Source: Narcine bancroftii
Taxonomy: Eukaryota
Direction: 5' to 3'
NCBI RefSeq assembly: GCF_036971445.1
Contig: NC_091480.1
Span: 29,636,001 to 29,700,000 of the forward strand
Length of the DNA stretch: 64,000 bases
Part shown: positions 37,686-50,538 of the stretch, piece after piece
How the letters are laid out: the number at the start of each line of letters is the position of its first letter
Numbering within the stretch: the stretch's first letter is position 1
The notes under the pieces: model-generated
Told to the model about the DNA's origin: nothing
What the model saw: the letters and a program-made list of their open reading frames with translations, nothing else
Database searches by the model: none
Made by a program: the position numbers and the translations under genes

Positions 37686-39414
37686 TTAAGTTCATAAGAA
37701 AGAGGACTGCTCATTATCAGTTTGAAAAAATGTACATTAAATCACACAGAACATCCAGCTCATACAATTAACTGTTTTAGCAGAATCGTTGCTGTTTAAA
37801 AATGGAATCATCGTCTTGTAGTCAATAATCATCAGACTACATCTTTCATATCAGCGGATCTAATTTTGGTCCGCCTTTTGTTCACTCTTCCTCTTGTTGG
37901 AGAGTAGTCCTTCCTGTTCTGTGTAGGGCAAGCTTCCTCTGTTTTTCAAATATATGCAGTTATTTCAGGCTAGTCTGGCAATGGTTGAGACAATAACACT
38001 CATTCAGTTGTTGAAGGCTTACTTGGTGAAGGTGATGGGCAAGGTCTGGAGGCTTGCAAATTCCAAACAGGAGGCATTCCCATCCTCAAGGTCCTGCATG
38101 CTTACTCATTTTCCTCTGGTGCAGAGGATGCCTGCTCAGTACGGAATCTCTCTATTTAGTCAACAAATAATAAATCTGGAGGGAAATGACACCACTTAAG
38201 CCAAAAAAAATCAACAGAAAAGCACCACCAGACACAACAGATATCTGTGGTCAGACAAGGAGAATTAAAATGCCGGACATGGCACAGTGTTCCAGAGAAA
38301 TGTCTGAGGTCATACAGGAGCTTCACCATGACAACACAAGTAGCCAGCACGAGTAGAGGAGTTGCGTCAGGGCCAACTTCCAGCATTGGGCAGTCAGGAG
38401 AATGAGCTACTTCCTGTGGGGGCAAAGGACCACCTAGAAGATGTACCTGAGTTGGCCAGAAAAGGACACAAGGCACTCATCCTTGAAGTAATGGTGAATC
38501 TGATCTCACCATTTTATTTCCTGTTCCCTCTAACCTTTGGTTTACCTCCAGTGCAAGATCTGACTTCATCAGCTTTGAAGATGTTTAATCTCTCAGTCTC
38601 CACAGCTCTCCAGAGCAGTCCCAAAGATTAACCACTCTCTGAGAAGAAATTCCTCCTCCTCTCCTCATTAAAATGGCTGCCTGACATCTGCAACCATGCA
38701 ATGTTCTTTTGGAGCGGTAGAGAGATATACAATTGAAACAGTCCCTTCAGCTCACCAAGTAAGTGCTGAACATTGATGCCCATTTTCCCTAATCCCGTTT
38801 CAGTTTCCCTCTGTGGGAATAAATTCCACCTGGGTTTTACTACTCATACTTGAACTAATTTACAGTGGCCAATTAACCTACCAACCTGCACTTCTTTGGG
38901 ATACTGGAAGAAATTGGAGCACCAAGAGGAAACCCATGCAGCCACGAGTAGAGCATACAAATTCTTCAAAGACAGCACTGGAGGACAGGATTGAATGTGG
39001 GTCGCTGGAGCGGTGAAGCAACATCATCATGTTACCCTTGATGTTTGCTCCCAGACTGAGTTTGACCATGTGCTCTTCAGGATTTACTGAGACCAGTTGA
39101 TGAGCCTTGTTTTGTACCCTGTTCATGGAGAGATCTCTGATTTCACAGGGGAAGAAAAAATCACTTGCTGATTCATTGTGGTTGAGACAATGATTTTAAA
39201 TTGCCCAATTTTTCACTGTAAATGTGATTGGACTTTCCTGATTCCCTAAAACATCTGATTCACGGTCTGGAGAAACTGCTTAACCTGTGATCACCTTGTG
39301 GTGGTTGAAGAAAACCTACAGGTGCCAAAATCTCTCAGTTCAGTCCTCCAACTTTCTTCAACAATTGGTACATGAGATATTTTATCTGCTTTCTTAGTCC
39401 TTTGAAACCCGGCA

Positions 39415-39750
39415 AGGTTGTTTCCCATGGTAGGGGAGTCCAGGACAAAAGGGCACAACTTTCAGATAAAAGGACATCAATTTAAAACAGAGATGTGGAG
39501 AGATTTCTTTAGCCAGAGGGTGGTGAGTCTGTGGAACTTGATGCCACAGGCGACAGTGGAAGAGAGGTGCCTTGGATGTATTTAAGCTTAAGCTGAGAAT
39601 GGCAGGTATTTGATTAGTCAGGACATCAAGGGTTACAGGGAGAATGCCAGAGAGTGGGGGCTAAGAGGGAGGATAGATCAGCTCATGATAGAATGACAGA
39701 CTCCATGCGCCGATTGACCTACTTCTGCTCGCATATCTTTTGATCTTGTG
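39415..39750 (+). mobile_element. CR1 3' fragment
   Basis: RTKGHN...FFSQRVVSLWN and CR1 3' UTR. Confidence 0.7.
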
Positions 39751-40436
39751 ACATTTAGCTGCAGTGGATATCACGATTCTAAGTCCACTCTCTCTGTCAG
39801 CCCTCTTCCCCATGCCCACAGATTGTGATTCTTTATATATTATATATATTCTTTATATATTACAATATTGAAACATTTGATCTTATCACACTTTCTCTTC
39901 CTCCAACTCTCCTAAACACACAGTCTTGTTGCTACAGGTACCCACTTCCCTTAAGGTTCCTCTTGCAACCAAGTAGTTACATTGAAATTCCAAGAAATGG
40001 AATTGATGTATATTCACTGATTCCAAGTGATAAAGCTGTTCTGCACAAGGTGCCAAATTGTCCCTTGTTCTAGCTGGTCTATTGGGACCCAATAGTGGGT
40101 CAAATGGACCCATGTTGGGGAAAGGGACTTGTCCTTACAATAGACAATAGACAATAGGAGCTGGAGTAGGCCATTTGGCCCGTCGGGCCAGCATGAGGTG
40201 TAACACAACCAGTAAAACGCAATGCTGGAGAAAGCTGTTTGTCTAGGTGACTTTCTCCGGCATTGTGTTTTTATTTCAACGACAGTGTGCAGACTTACCT
40301 GTTTTATTTCTGTAATGCAACCAGTAGCCCTAGTAATGGTTTCAGAATGAGTGAAATTTGAATGGAAACCAAGGCAAGGTGCTGGTCAAGATTCTGCAGC
40401 ATGTTTAACACATCATTCATTACAGATCACAGACTA

Positions 40437-41137
40437 CAGTAAAACCCCTAATCTATGGAGATTAGTAGATTCTGGATAAGTGTATTTTCTGGTTGCTTGA
40501 GACTTTTACAATGCCTATCCAATGCACCTGCATTAAGAATAAAGTTTTAAAAAACAAAAACTATACTGTTTCACTGAACAAACTTCATTTGCATGAATAT
40601 ATAAACTTTAAAGCGTTTTACTTTATTTTCAGTCACTTTCTTTGAAAACATTTAACCATCGCTGCATCTGCAGGTTCCTTCCCCTCCGTGGAGCTGCCCA
40701 AAAGATGAACAATAACATTATAGATAATAAAAATCCCCCAACCCCACTCCCCTGCAAAGTTTACAGCCTCTGACTGGGTCGACTCTTACTAAGTAAAGAT
40801 AAAGAAACAATTTAAGAGAGTCAGCCCAATGGCGAGAGGCATCAATCAGTTCTTCATCCTGGGCGACACCATTTTATTCAAACACAACTTTATTTAAACA
40901 GCTACTATGAGCAAAGCAGGATCAAGGCTTTCCGCTGGCTGAATATTTGCTCCCATCTTCACCAAAGGTTTATGTGTTACTTCAGAGAGCATTTATTTTT
41001 ACAATTTTAAACTGACATATTTTTACCTATAATTTTTTTTTATTAACTTTAATTTTTAAAATTTATTTTCCTCAATTTTTTTTCCAGTTGCTTGAGGCAG
41101 GTGGTTGCTTGAATTCCAGATAACAGGGGTTTTACTA
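40437..41137. mobile_element. Tc1/mariner (Tigger/pogo-like) non-autonomous element
   Basis: TIR CAGTAAAACCCCT...AGGGGTTTTACT(A), flanked by TA on both sides. Confidence 0.8.
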
Positions 41138-41751
41138 TATCCTTCTCATTCCTCAGGTTTATACCCCATGTTACTCCAGTATTCTGTGCCAAGATCAGAC
41201 ACAGGGATAACGTGTCAAAATAGAGAATTTTATTTTATATCTTGTTTGTTTATTTTCAGTAAAATCTCTCAGTTCTGCTTTGGTTGAGGCTCCTAGGGAC
41301 ACCAAGAGATTGAAACCATTGTTTTCCTCTTTTTACACCTAAACACTTTAAAACCCCCTGCATATCAGTGAGCTCCAACAGACAAGTTATTGGTTTACAT
41401 AGACCCAGTTAACCCTGTCAACCGCTCTGTTCTTGGCTCAGTTCTGGTGTTTCTCTGTCACCCTTGCAGCTTTCACAGCAACTCACCTAACACCAGATGT
41501 AGAGGCAGCACAAAGCTCAAATCCGCAAAATATTAACTCTGATACATCCGCTCATCCTGACACATTCATTATTGCAGGCAAATTCGTCACTTTTGAGACA
41601 CTCTATCATCCTGACATATTCAATCATCTCAGCTAACTCATTGGTACTTCCATATGACTCAGCCACTCCCAGTAATCCTCTATACTTATTAATTCTGACA
41701 ACCTTTCCCTATACCCCACACTATTTGACATGGTGACAGTACATCTTTCAC

Positions 41752-42854
41752 CAGGGGTGTCAAACTCAAATTCACGGAGGGCCAAAATTAAAAACTTGGA
41801 CTAAGTCGAGGGCCGAACTAAATATTTATTGAAAATTTTCAACAACATCTGCATGTTTTCTCTTCTTTCAACATATGTAATGTTAAACTTTTTCTTATTA
41901 AAATAAATGTTTAAAATAATAGTTTTGGATAAACTCTTTCATTGTCATTGGCCCATTTCCTTTGGAGCTCTGAAACCGTGCACATGACGAGTCAATGAGG
42001 GATGATTAAAGCAGTGGTCTTCAAACCTTTTCTTTCCACCCACAGACCACCTTAAGCAATCCCTTACTAATCACAGAGCACCAATGGCACAGGGACGCGA
42101 GTGGAAAGAAAAAGGTTGAGAACTGTTGTATTGTGGTAACTCCACATCTGATTAGGTTAATTTTTAGGCAAGTGGTCAGAGAAGGACCCCCCCCCACCCC
42201 AAGAAAGGCTTAAATCACAGGAACAAAATAAGCTTCCGTCTCACTGCTCCCAATCTTCCACACAGTCCTGATGTGGAATGTGGGGTCGCAGTTCCACGTT
42301 CATCCGAGTTCAGGTGCTGTCTGTGTGGAGTTTGTATGCTCTCCCCTTGTCTTGGACCAACAGGTTGGTCGCCTGAAGAAGGCACCCGAACCCCCCGTTG
42401 AAACGCCAGCGTCCGGGGTGGTGGAGGAATTAGCTGAGAAGAACGCGTTGCCTCCACCCCCCTCCCATGGTTGGAGAGGGATTAAACTGCGATCTCACGG
42501 CACCGGGCTCGTCTCCAAAAAAAGGAGCGGGAGGCAGGGTCCACCGCGCACGGAGCGAGGGGGAAGGCATCGCCAACGAGACGTTCGGTCCGGCGTCGCC
42601 GCTGAAGCGCAGACCCAGCGAGGATGGTCCCCAACTCCAGCCTCGTCTGTGTGTCCGGGAACCGGGCGGGCTGAGTGCGGCGCTCTGATCCCTGGGATTC
42701 GGGACTCTGAAACCCTCCACACCTCCGGCGTCTTCATTTTCACCTTCAGTGTGCATGCGCTATACTGGCGCGGCAGCCAGTGGGCCAACTCTAATATATA
42801 TTTAATATGATCTTGCGGGCCAAATATAATTATATCCAGAGTTTGACATGTGTG
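41752..42854. mobile_element. hAT/Charlie-type element carrying heterogeneous internal pieces
   Basis: CAGGGGTGTCAAACTC...GAGTTTGACATGTGTG; 8-bp TSD tctttcac/tcttacac. Confidence 0.8.
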
Positions 42855-43239
42855 TCTTACACTGTTGTATATTTATTTATTTAGTGCTTTACCATTATTG
42901 CACTACCTGCTATATGAGCTGACTATCCTGAATAGCACACAGAACAAAGCTTTTTACTGTATGTGAATACATGTGATAATAAACAATTCAATTCAATTCA
43001 AACTCATCTACCTCTCCATCTCCTGTTGTAAACCCTGCTCCTGACTTATTCATGACACTTGCTGACATTTTCCTCATGCCTCGATGAAGGGCTCGAGTCC
43101 GAAACGTTGGTTGTGTAGCTTTGTCTTTGCAATATAAATAACACAGTTTGACCTGAGTTTCTTCAGCATTGTGTTTTTACTTCAATCATGGTGTCTGTGT
43201 TTTACTCCTCACACCTTCTGGTTCTGTCACAACCTCAAG

Positions 43240-43940
43240 CCATGCATCAAAAACCAACTGCTGAAGGAACTCAGCAGCTCAAGCAGGAGTACAGTCAACA
43301 TTTCAGATCAAGACCCTGCATTAGGACATCTCTAGTCATTTGTGCCTCAAGCCTTGTACCCTCCCAAGTCCTTCCAAGCTCAGTGGCTAGCACTTTAATT
43401 CCAATTCCCATTTCCCCACTAACATGTCCATCTATCAACTATTTTACTGCCAAGTTGAGGCTACAGGCAAATTAGAAGAGCAACACCTCATATTCTGTCT
43501 TGACACTCTCCAACCAGAGGGCATCAACATTGACTTCTCCAATATCCAGGAACCTCACTCTTGCTTTCCATGATCCCACTGGCCTCAATTCTCCTTTTCT
43601 TTTCATTTTTCTCCTTCCCTGCCCTGTCAATCTGCCCATCACACACACATCTTCCTTCCTCTAGCTCCCTACTTCCTTTCCTTCATTTCAGGATCTGTTG
43701 TCCTCGCCTTTCTGAGTGCATCTTCCTCAGTCCCCCACTTCCTCAATAACTACAGTATTCCCATTTCTTTCCACCACCCCTGAGCCACCTTCTCCCCCAC
43801 CCCAACCTATTAACACCTATCACCCAGCTCATTCTCCTCCCCTTCCCCTCACCCTTTTATTCTGGTTCCTGTCCTCATCCTGAGGAAAAGTTTCAGCCCA
43901 AAACATTCACTATCTTTTGCCTTCCACAGATGCTGCCTGT
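43240..43940 (+). mobile_element. Penelope-like element 3' end with inverted pLTR piece at its 5' side
   Basis: HFNS...KLEEQHLIFCLDTLQPEGINIDFS endonuclease tail; hammerhead-like motif on + at ~43880 and inverted at ~43297-43325. Confidence 0.75.
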
Positions 43941-43953
43941 TTTCCAGAAACAT

Positions 43954-46135
43954 TACGCTGGACAACAAATTATTCAAAAGGTTTGCTTCCTGAAAAAAAA
44001 CTTCAAGTTGAACACAAAGATCATTTCAGATTTGCTCTATCATGTAGGAAGTTGGAAAAACATTAAATTAATTTTTATTGAATTTAACCTTAAGTGTACA
44101 CTTGCCACAAATGTATTGCAGCTTTTGCAACATTGACTAGACATTTCTGCTGGATTGAATCTTCCTGAAGACAATATCCTTGGCTTGGCTTCGTGGACGA
44201 AGATTTATGGAGGGGTAATGTCCATGTCAGCTGCAGGCTCGTTTGTGGCTGAGAAGTCCAATGCGGGACAGGCAGACATGGTTGCAGCGGTTGCAAGGGA
44301 AAATTGGTGGGTTGGGGTTGGGTGTTGGGTTTTTCCTCCTTTGTCTTTTGTCAGTGAGGTGGGCTCTGCGGTCTTCTTCAAAGGAGGTTGCTGCCCGCCG
44401 AACTGTGAGGCACCAAGATGCACGGTTTGAGGCAATATCAGCCCACTGACGGTGGTCAATGTGGCAGGCACCAAGAGATTTCTTTAGGCAGTCCTTGTAC
44501 CTTTTCTTTGATGCACCTCTGTCTCGGTGGCCAGTGGAGGGCTCATCATATAACACGATCTTGGGAAGGCGATGGTCCTCCATTCTGGAGATGTGACCTA
44601 CCCAGCGCAGTTTGACCTTCAGCAGTGTGGATTCGATGCTATCGGCCTCTGCCATCTCGAGTACTTCGATGTTGGAGATGAAGTCGCTCCAATGAATGTT
44701 GAGGATGGAGCGGAGACCACGCTGGTGGAAGCGTTCTAGGAGCCGTAGGTAATGCCGGTAGAGGACCCATGATTCGGAGCCGAACTGGAGTGTGGGTATG
44801 GCAACGGCTCTGTATTCGCTAATCTTTGTGAGGTTTTTCATTTGGTTGCTTTTCCAGACTCTTGTGTAGTCTTCCAAAGGCGCTATTTGCCTTGGCGAGT
44901 CTGTTGTCTATCTCATTGACGATCCTTGCATCCAATGAAATGGTGCAGCCGAGATAGGTAAACTGGTTGACCGTTTTGAGTTTTGTGTGTCCGATGGAGA
45001 TGTGGGGGGGCTGGTAGTCATGGTGGGGAGCTGGCTGATGGAGGGCCTCAGTTTTCTTCAGGCTGACTTCCAGGCCAAACATTTTGGCAGTTTCCCCAAA
45101 ACAGGATGTCAAGCGCTGAAGAGCTGGCTCTGAATGGGCAACTAAAGCGGCATCGTCTGCAAAGAGTAGTTCACGGACAAGTTTCTCTTGTGTCTTGGTG
45201 TGAGCTTGCAGGCGCCTCAGATTGAAGAGACTGCCATCCGTGCGGTATCGGATGAAAACAGCGTCTTCATTGTTGAGGTCTTTCATGGCTTGTTTCAGCA
45301 TCATGCTGAAGAAGATTGAAAAGAAGGTTGGTGTGAGAACGCAGCCTTGCTTCACGCCATTGTTAATGGAGAAGGGTTCAGAGAGCTCATTGCTGAATCT
45401 GACCCGACCTTGTTGGTTTTCGTGCAGTTGGATAACCATGTTGAGGAACTTTGGGGGGCATCCGAGGCGCTCCAGTATTTGCCAAAGCCCTTTCCTACTC
45501 ACGGTGTCGAAGGCTTTGGTGAGGTCAACAAAGGTGATGTAGAGTCCTTTGCAAGCAAAATCTTCGCTAGAATTCTCCTAAATATAATAATACCTAGTGT
45601 CGCCGAAAATGTTCTCCCAGAATCACAGTGCAACTTTCGCGCAAACAGAGGAACTACTGACATGGTCTTTGCCCTCAGACAGCTCCAAGAAAAGTGCAGA
45701 GTGAAGACAATAAATACTATTATTAAGTACATTCATTGTGCTATTGCCTGAAGAACATGTGCATTAACATGCATTCAATCCATATCAATGTAATGCACAG
45801 CATCTGTATCTGCAAGCTGCTTTTATAGCCTGACTGCATCTAACCTGAGTAAGCAGGCCCAGGCCTAAGACAACATTTGAATAGCACCTGCACTGAGTGC
45901 ATGCCCAGGCATGCTTGGACTGACCCAAACAGCCTTCTTTGTGGGCAATATACTAGTATACTTAAAATATAACAGGAAATCACAAAAATAGTTAATATCT
46001 GAAAAACAGTAAGTGACAGGAAAATTTTAAGGTGATTTTTCATGATCAATAGCTCAAACTCCATAAAATACACTCAGAGGTGTTTAGGAAGCAAAATCTT
46101 CGTTGTCCAATGTTATTTCTTGCTTGCCTCTGTAA
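43954..46135 (-). repeat. Unit B of the inverted duplication, interrupted by an RTE LINE
   Basis: Homology to unit A resumes on both sides of the LINE TSD. Confidence 0.85.
44177..45701 (-). mobile_element. RTE-clade LINE, 5'-truncated with a 5' inversion
   Basis: FVDLTKAFDTV...GVKQGCVL...LLFADD...YLG RT motifs; C-terminal CxxC; (GCCAA)n tail; 11-bp TSD tgaagacaata (44166-44176 / 45702-45712). Confidence 0.92.
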
Positions 46136-46869
46136 TGAATCAGTGCAAACTTTTCTATCCAGTTGACTGAGCCTGTCCATGTAACCTTTGACTTAAATTG
46201 GTGCCTCACATCTCCATGACTTGGTTCATGGGTAAAGCTCTATGTGACACAGCTAAACTTTCTGCAGAGTGAAGCGTGTAGTCATTAGCTGGTTCCCATA
46301 ACTGTTCAAAACTGCAACTCAATCCAAATGATAAAACATATTTCACAACATATACAAGGGAATGATTCATTCCCTTCTGATCCTATATAACCCACTAATA
46401 CCTCAATGTCAGTTCTAGTGTAAAAAGCACACTGTGTAAACAAAACATTCATGGCCCTTTTACGTCCCAGTGTTACCTACTGCATGTATTCAAAGCACAG
46501 CACAGTTAGAAAAAGACTCTAATTTCTTCCATGCCTTTCATGACACAAGAACATCCCAAAGTATTTTACAAGTCATTGAAGTGATTTCTTTGTGAAGGAA
46601 ACCCCACAGCCAATTCGCACACACCCAGGTCCTCATTGCCCCAATAATCTGCTGGAGGAACTCAATGGGTCAAGCAGCAGCTGAAGGTTCATTGATTAAC
46701 ATTTATTATTCCTTTTCTCTCACTGATTTGCAGATCAGGCAGGCTCCTGTATAAAATGATGATGGGGGGGGGGGCTAGGAAAGAAGGGACAGGGGAAGGA
46801 AGAAAGCAGGGGCAGGGGAGGAGCACAGACCAACAGGTCATAGGTGGACTGGTTGGAAGGCAGAAGAGC

Positions 46870-47188
46870 ACCAAGGCCTGGTGAACTTTATACATGTTAA
46901 ATTCTGTGCACAGTGTAAGAATTTCCTGCATCCAGAGAACTTGGAAGAAGGAGAAGCGAGATTGAACTGTGAGCCAAAGAACTTTTCTTAAATTTACACA
47001 CATACTAAATACACATGCACTTAGAATTAGAAAGGGATTAATTTGGGTTAGTTAAGTATAGAGATAGGTTAAAGTTTGATTCTGTTTTCATGTTTAAAGT
47101 TGATTAAAAATAACTTTAGTTTTAAAAACCATTCGGCTTGGTGAATGTCTATTGCTGCTGGGTTTGGGGGTCCTTTGGGCTCGTAACA
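46870..47188 (+). mobile_element. Partial solo LTR (21602 family)
   Basis: Matches 22315-22626; ends gggctcgtaaca. Confidence 0.75.
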
Positions 47189-48544
47189 GTGTAGATGAAG
47201 CAAGTGATTTAATACACTGCTTCAGGGCACTAATATGCAGAAGGCTCTCTGTAAGTTCTAAGGAACTTGGAGTTCTCCTGTCAACTGAGCTCTACCAAAC
47301 TAAGTCCAGGTACAGTAAACCTGGGATAACCGTCACCAGCCAGACCTGGGCAAACTAAGCAGCTGAATTATGGGGAGCAAAATCTTTCACTTCTTTAAGA
47401 ATGATGATAAGAAAACAGAGTGGAGTTGCTCGTTATGGAGAGAAAAAAAGATCGAAAAAATTGCAAACTGTAGGAGGAATGGGGGAGAGAGGTAAATAGA
47501 GCATTGCGCACTTATGAAGTCACAGGAAAATGTGAATGGGGAACAGACATGATGAGTTGGTTCCTACTGAGAGATGAGAACGTGTAGGATGAGGACCGAA
47601 GAAAGGAAGATACACATCAGCATGAGTGCAGAGGAGTAGCCAACTAGAAAGAGATAAGGGGATTGTTAGTTCTACAATGGTCGGACTTGTAGAATCAACA
47701 TAAAAATATAATTCTACTCATTCATTGGTTTTCAATAATTCTTGACCAACCACAGAGTGGGCTCCTCCTTTGATGCACAATGTGCAGCGTGGTTGAAGAA
47801 CGTGCAGTGCTCCCCTCACTGTTGCCCACACATGCATTCTGCGGACTCTGTACTTGCAGGTAGTTAGATGCAAGCTCATGCCCTCTACAAAATAAAATGT
47901 AAAAGCTCTTTGAGCAAATCCTGGGACAACCTCCCTCCAAAAGAAGGTCTGTACAAAGATAGGTGATAGTTCAGCATAATGTGACATCCTTATCAGAGCT
48001 GCAGTGCTCAGCCTTGTCAGAATGAAGTCAGCTGTGTACAGTTTTTATGGTGGGGACATTTTGGTCTGAACTGGATGGTTGGTGGGGGGAAGGGGGAAGG
48101 AGTTGGTGGGAAGAGTTGTGACTTCATCACTCATGGGCTTGACACTCCAGACCATCGAGCAGTCATCTTACCAGTCACTCCACACCAAACTGTGATGTAT
48201 TATGAAACTGAAGTGGAAATCCCGAGTGGGAGCCATTTAGGACTGAGATGAGAAGTTTCATCATTTTGTGAAGGGTGATTCTTTCGAAATCCCTACTTTA
48301 GAAGGATGTGAAGGGTCAGATCAGTTCATTCAAAACATTTCCAGACATTAAGGGGATGAAAGGAGACGGGGATTATGCTGGAAGCTGCCACTGAAGTGGA
48401 AGATCAGCCAGCATGTTGATGAGTGACAGAGCAGGCCTGAGTGGCCAGACGGCCCGATTCTGGCTCCATGGGTTTGAAGCAAGTGACCTGATGTGGGGGG
48501 GCTGCATTTCAGCCATCATCACAGCCTCACTCGGGGCTTGAGTT

Positions 48545-48800
48545 ATTTAGTTTTTAATTTTAATTATACAGCACGTGACATTCCCTTCTGGTCCGTGATA
48601 CCTGTGGCTCCCAATTACATTCCAATAATCTACCAACCCCATATGCTTTGGAGGGTGGGAGGAAACTGGCACACCCGGAAAAGACCCACACAGACACGGG
48701 GAGAACGTGCAAACTCCTTATAGAGAGTGCCATATTCAAACCCTGGTCGCTGGTGCTGTAATTGTGTTGTGCTAACTGCTACACTAACCGTGCCTCCCAT
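48545..48800 (-). mobile_element. V-SINE/HE1-like SINE
   Basis: Inverted relative of the 31828 SINE. Confidence 0.7.
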
Positions 48801-49499
48801 ATACTAGTTCAGATTCAGTGGCATCCAGCAACCATGCTGACACACTGAAGAGGTCTCCTCTGTCTTAGTATAGTAAAGGAGTGGATAAGGTCTGGCTTTT
48901 ACACACCCTGATGAAGTGATTGAGACAAAAATTTAATGAGTTTGTGTTTATTTCTCAGACAGTATGTGACTAAAGATATGTTATTATTTTCCTTGTTCTC
49001 TGTATTAGTAGATGTTTTGACCTAATTTTCTTTCTATAAGTTCCTCAATAATTGGTTCTGGTATGAGTGTGTATGCACAGCAAATTTTTCTGCATGCATT
49101 TGGAAGTCAAAAGCTCAGCTTATCTCATTGGCTGCATCTGTCCCAGTGACTGGGGTAGTTACTTTGCTAAAGCATCAAGAATTCAGCCACTGACAAGATC
49201 TGCACAAGTTCAATTGCATGCAAAGCCCCTCCAGGCTGTCTATCAAATATTCCACGGCGGCGACAACATCAGATTAATTTCTGATTCATACCACCTGCAG
49301 ACTGTCCCATCAAACGTGCTGGGACTGAATGGCATTAAGATCGATCTCTCCAGTTTCTGTTAAACCGCAGCCTTTCTTCTTCCCCCTGTGGCCTTTGCCC
49401 CAGTTCTTGTCTCCCTTTTCCCTCTGTCCACCTTTTGTTGGTCTGGACTCCTCTCCCAGCCAGTCTGCAGTCTTTTTTTTCTGATGCCTTCCTGTTCTC

Positions 49500-49545
49500 T
49501 GCTTATTCTCTGAAGAAGGCCTCAGGCCCGAAACGTCGGTAATAT
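49500..49545 (+). ncRNA. Minimal type-I hammerhead ribozyme motif in a Penelope repeat
   Basis: CTGAAGA-aggcctcaggccc-GAAAC-GTC at 49510-49537 with both core boxes and a GUC triplet; stem I partly formable. Confidence 0.55.
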
Positions 49546-49789
49546 ATCATTACCTCCCATGGACGTTGTGAGACCAGCTGAGTTCCTCCGACATTTCTGT
49601 GTGTGTTTTACTACAATCACAGCATCTGGAGACTTTCTTGTTTCACACAGATTCTACTATCCCCTTTCTGTAATGACATTGAAAAAAATAAATCACCCGA
49701 GACCTTTGAACCGCTGACCTTCCTGGCAGCAAGAGAACTGTAGAGATGCAAGACCACCATGGATCTATCCTGGAGCCTTCAATCAAGAA

Positions 49790-50321
49790 GAAGGCCCACC
49801 AGCAGCTATATTTTTATGAGGTGTTTGAAGAGATTCGCTATGTCACCGAAGACCCTTGACCATGGGGAGCATTCTGGCTGGTTGCATCATTGTTTGGAAC
49901 AGAGGTGCTAATGCTCATGTCAAGAAAAAAAACTCCAGAGGGTTGTTAGCTCACCCTGTGACATCACGGCCACCAGACTTAACTCCATGGAGGACATCTA
50001 CAAAAGGGGGTATCTTAAGAAAGCGGCCTCTATCCTTAAGGACCCCCACCACAGAGGCCATGCCCTCTTCACCCTGCTACCATCGGGGAAAAGGTGCAGG
50101 TGCCTGAAGACAAGCACTCAGCGGCACAAGGACAGTTTCTTCCCCACTGCCATCAGATTCCTGAATGATCAATGAACCAAAGACACTGGCTCACTTTGAC
50201 TTTTCGTGCACTATTTTTATTTATTTTTTGTAAGGTGGTTTATATGAATGTTTGCATTGTGACGCTGCCAAAAAAACAATGAATTTTATGACTCACTCGT
50301 GACAATAAATTCTGATTCTGA
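49790..50321 (+). mobile_element. Rex1/Babar-type LINE 3' fragment
   Basis: KKAASILKDPHH.GHALFTLLPSGKR...SFFPTAIRFLN; tail caataaattctgattctga. Confidence 0.8.
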
Positions 50322-50538
50322 AATGGAGATACTGGCTTCTTTTGTGAACAACAAAAAGCTGAAGGCACTCAGCAGGTCAGGCATGGAAAGTAGTGGACAA
50401 TCAACCTCTCAGGTCAGGACCTTTTGTGGAGAGTCTTGAGACTCAAAACATTGACTGACCACTTCTCTCTGTGGGTGCTACCTGGCTGTCTTGGGTAAAC
50501 TTATACCTCTCATTTTGTTCATTTTAGATTGGTCACAG

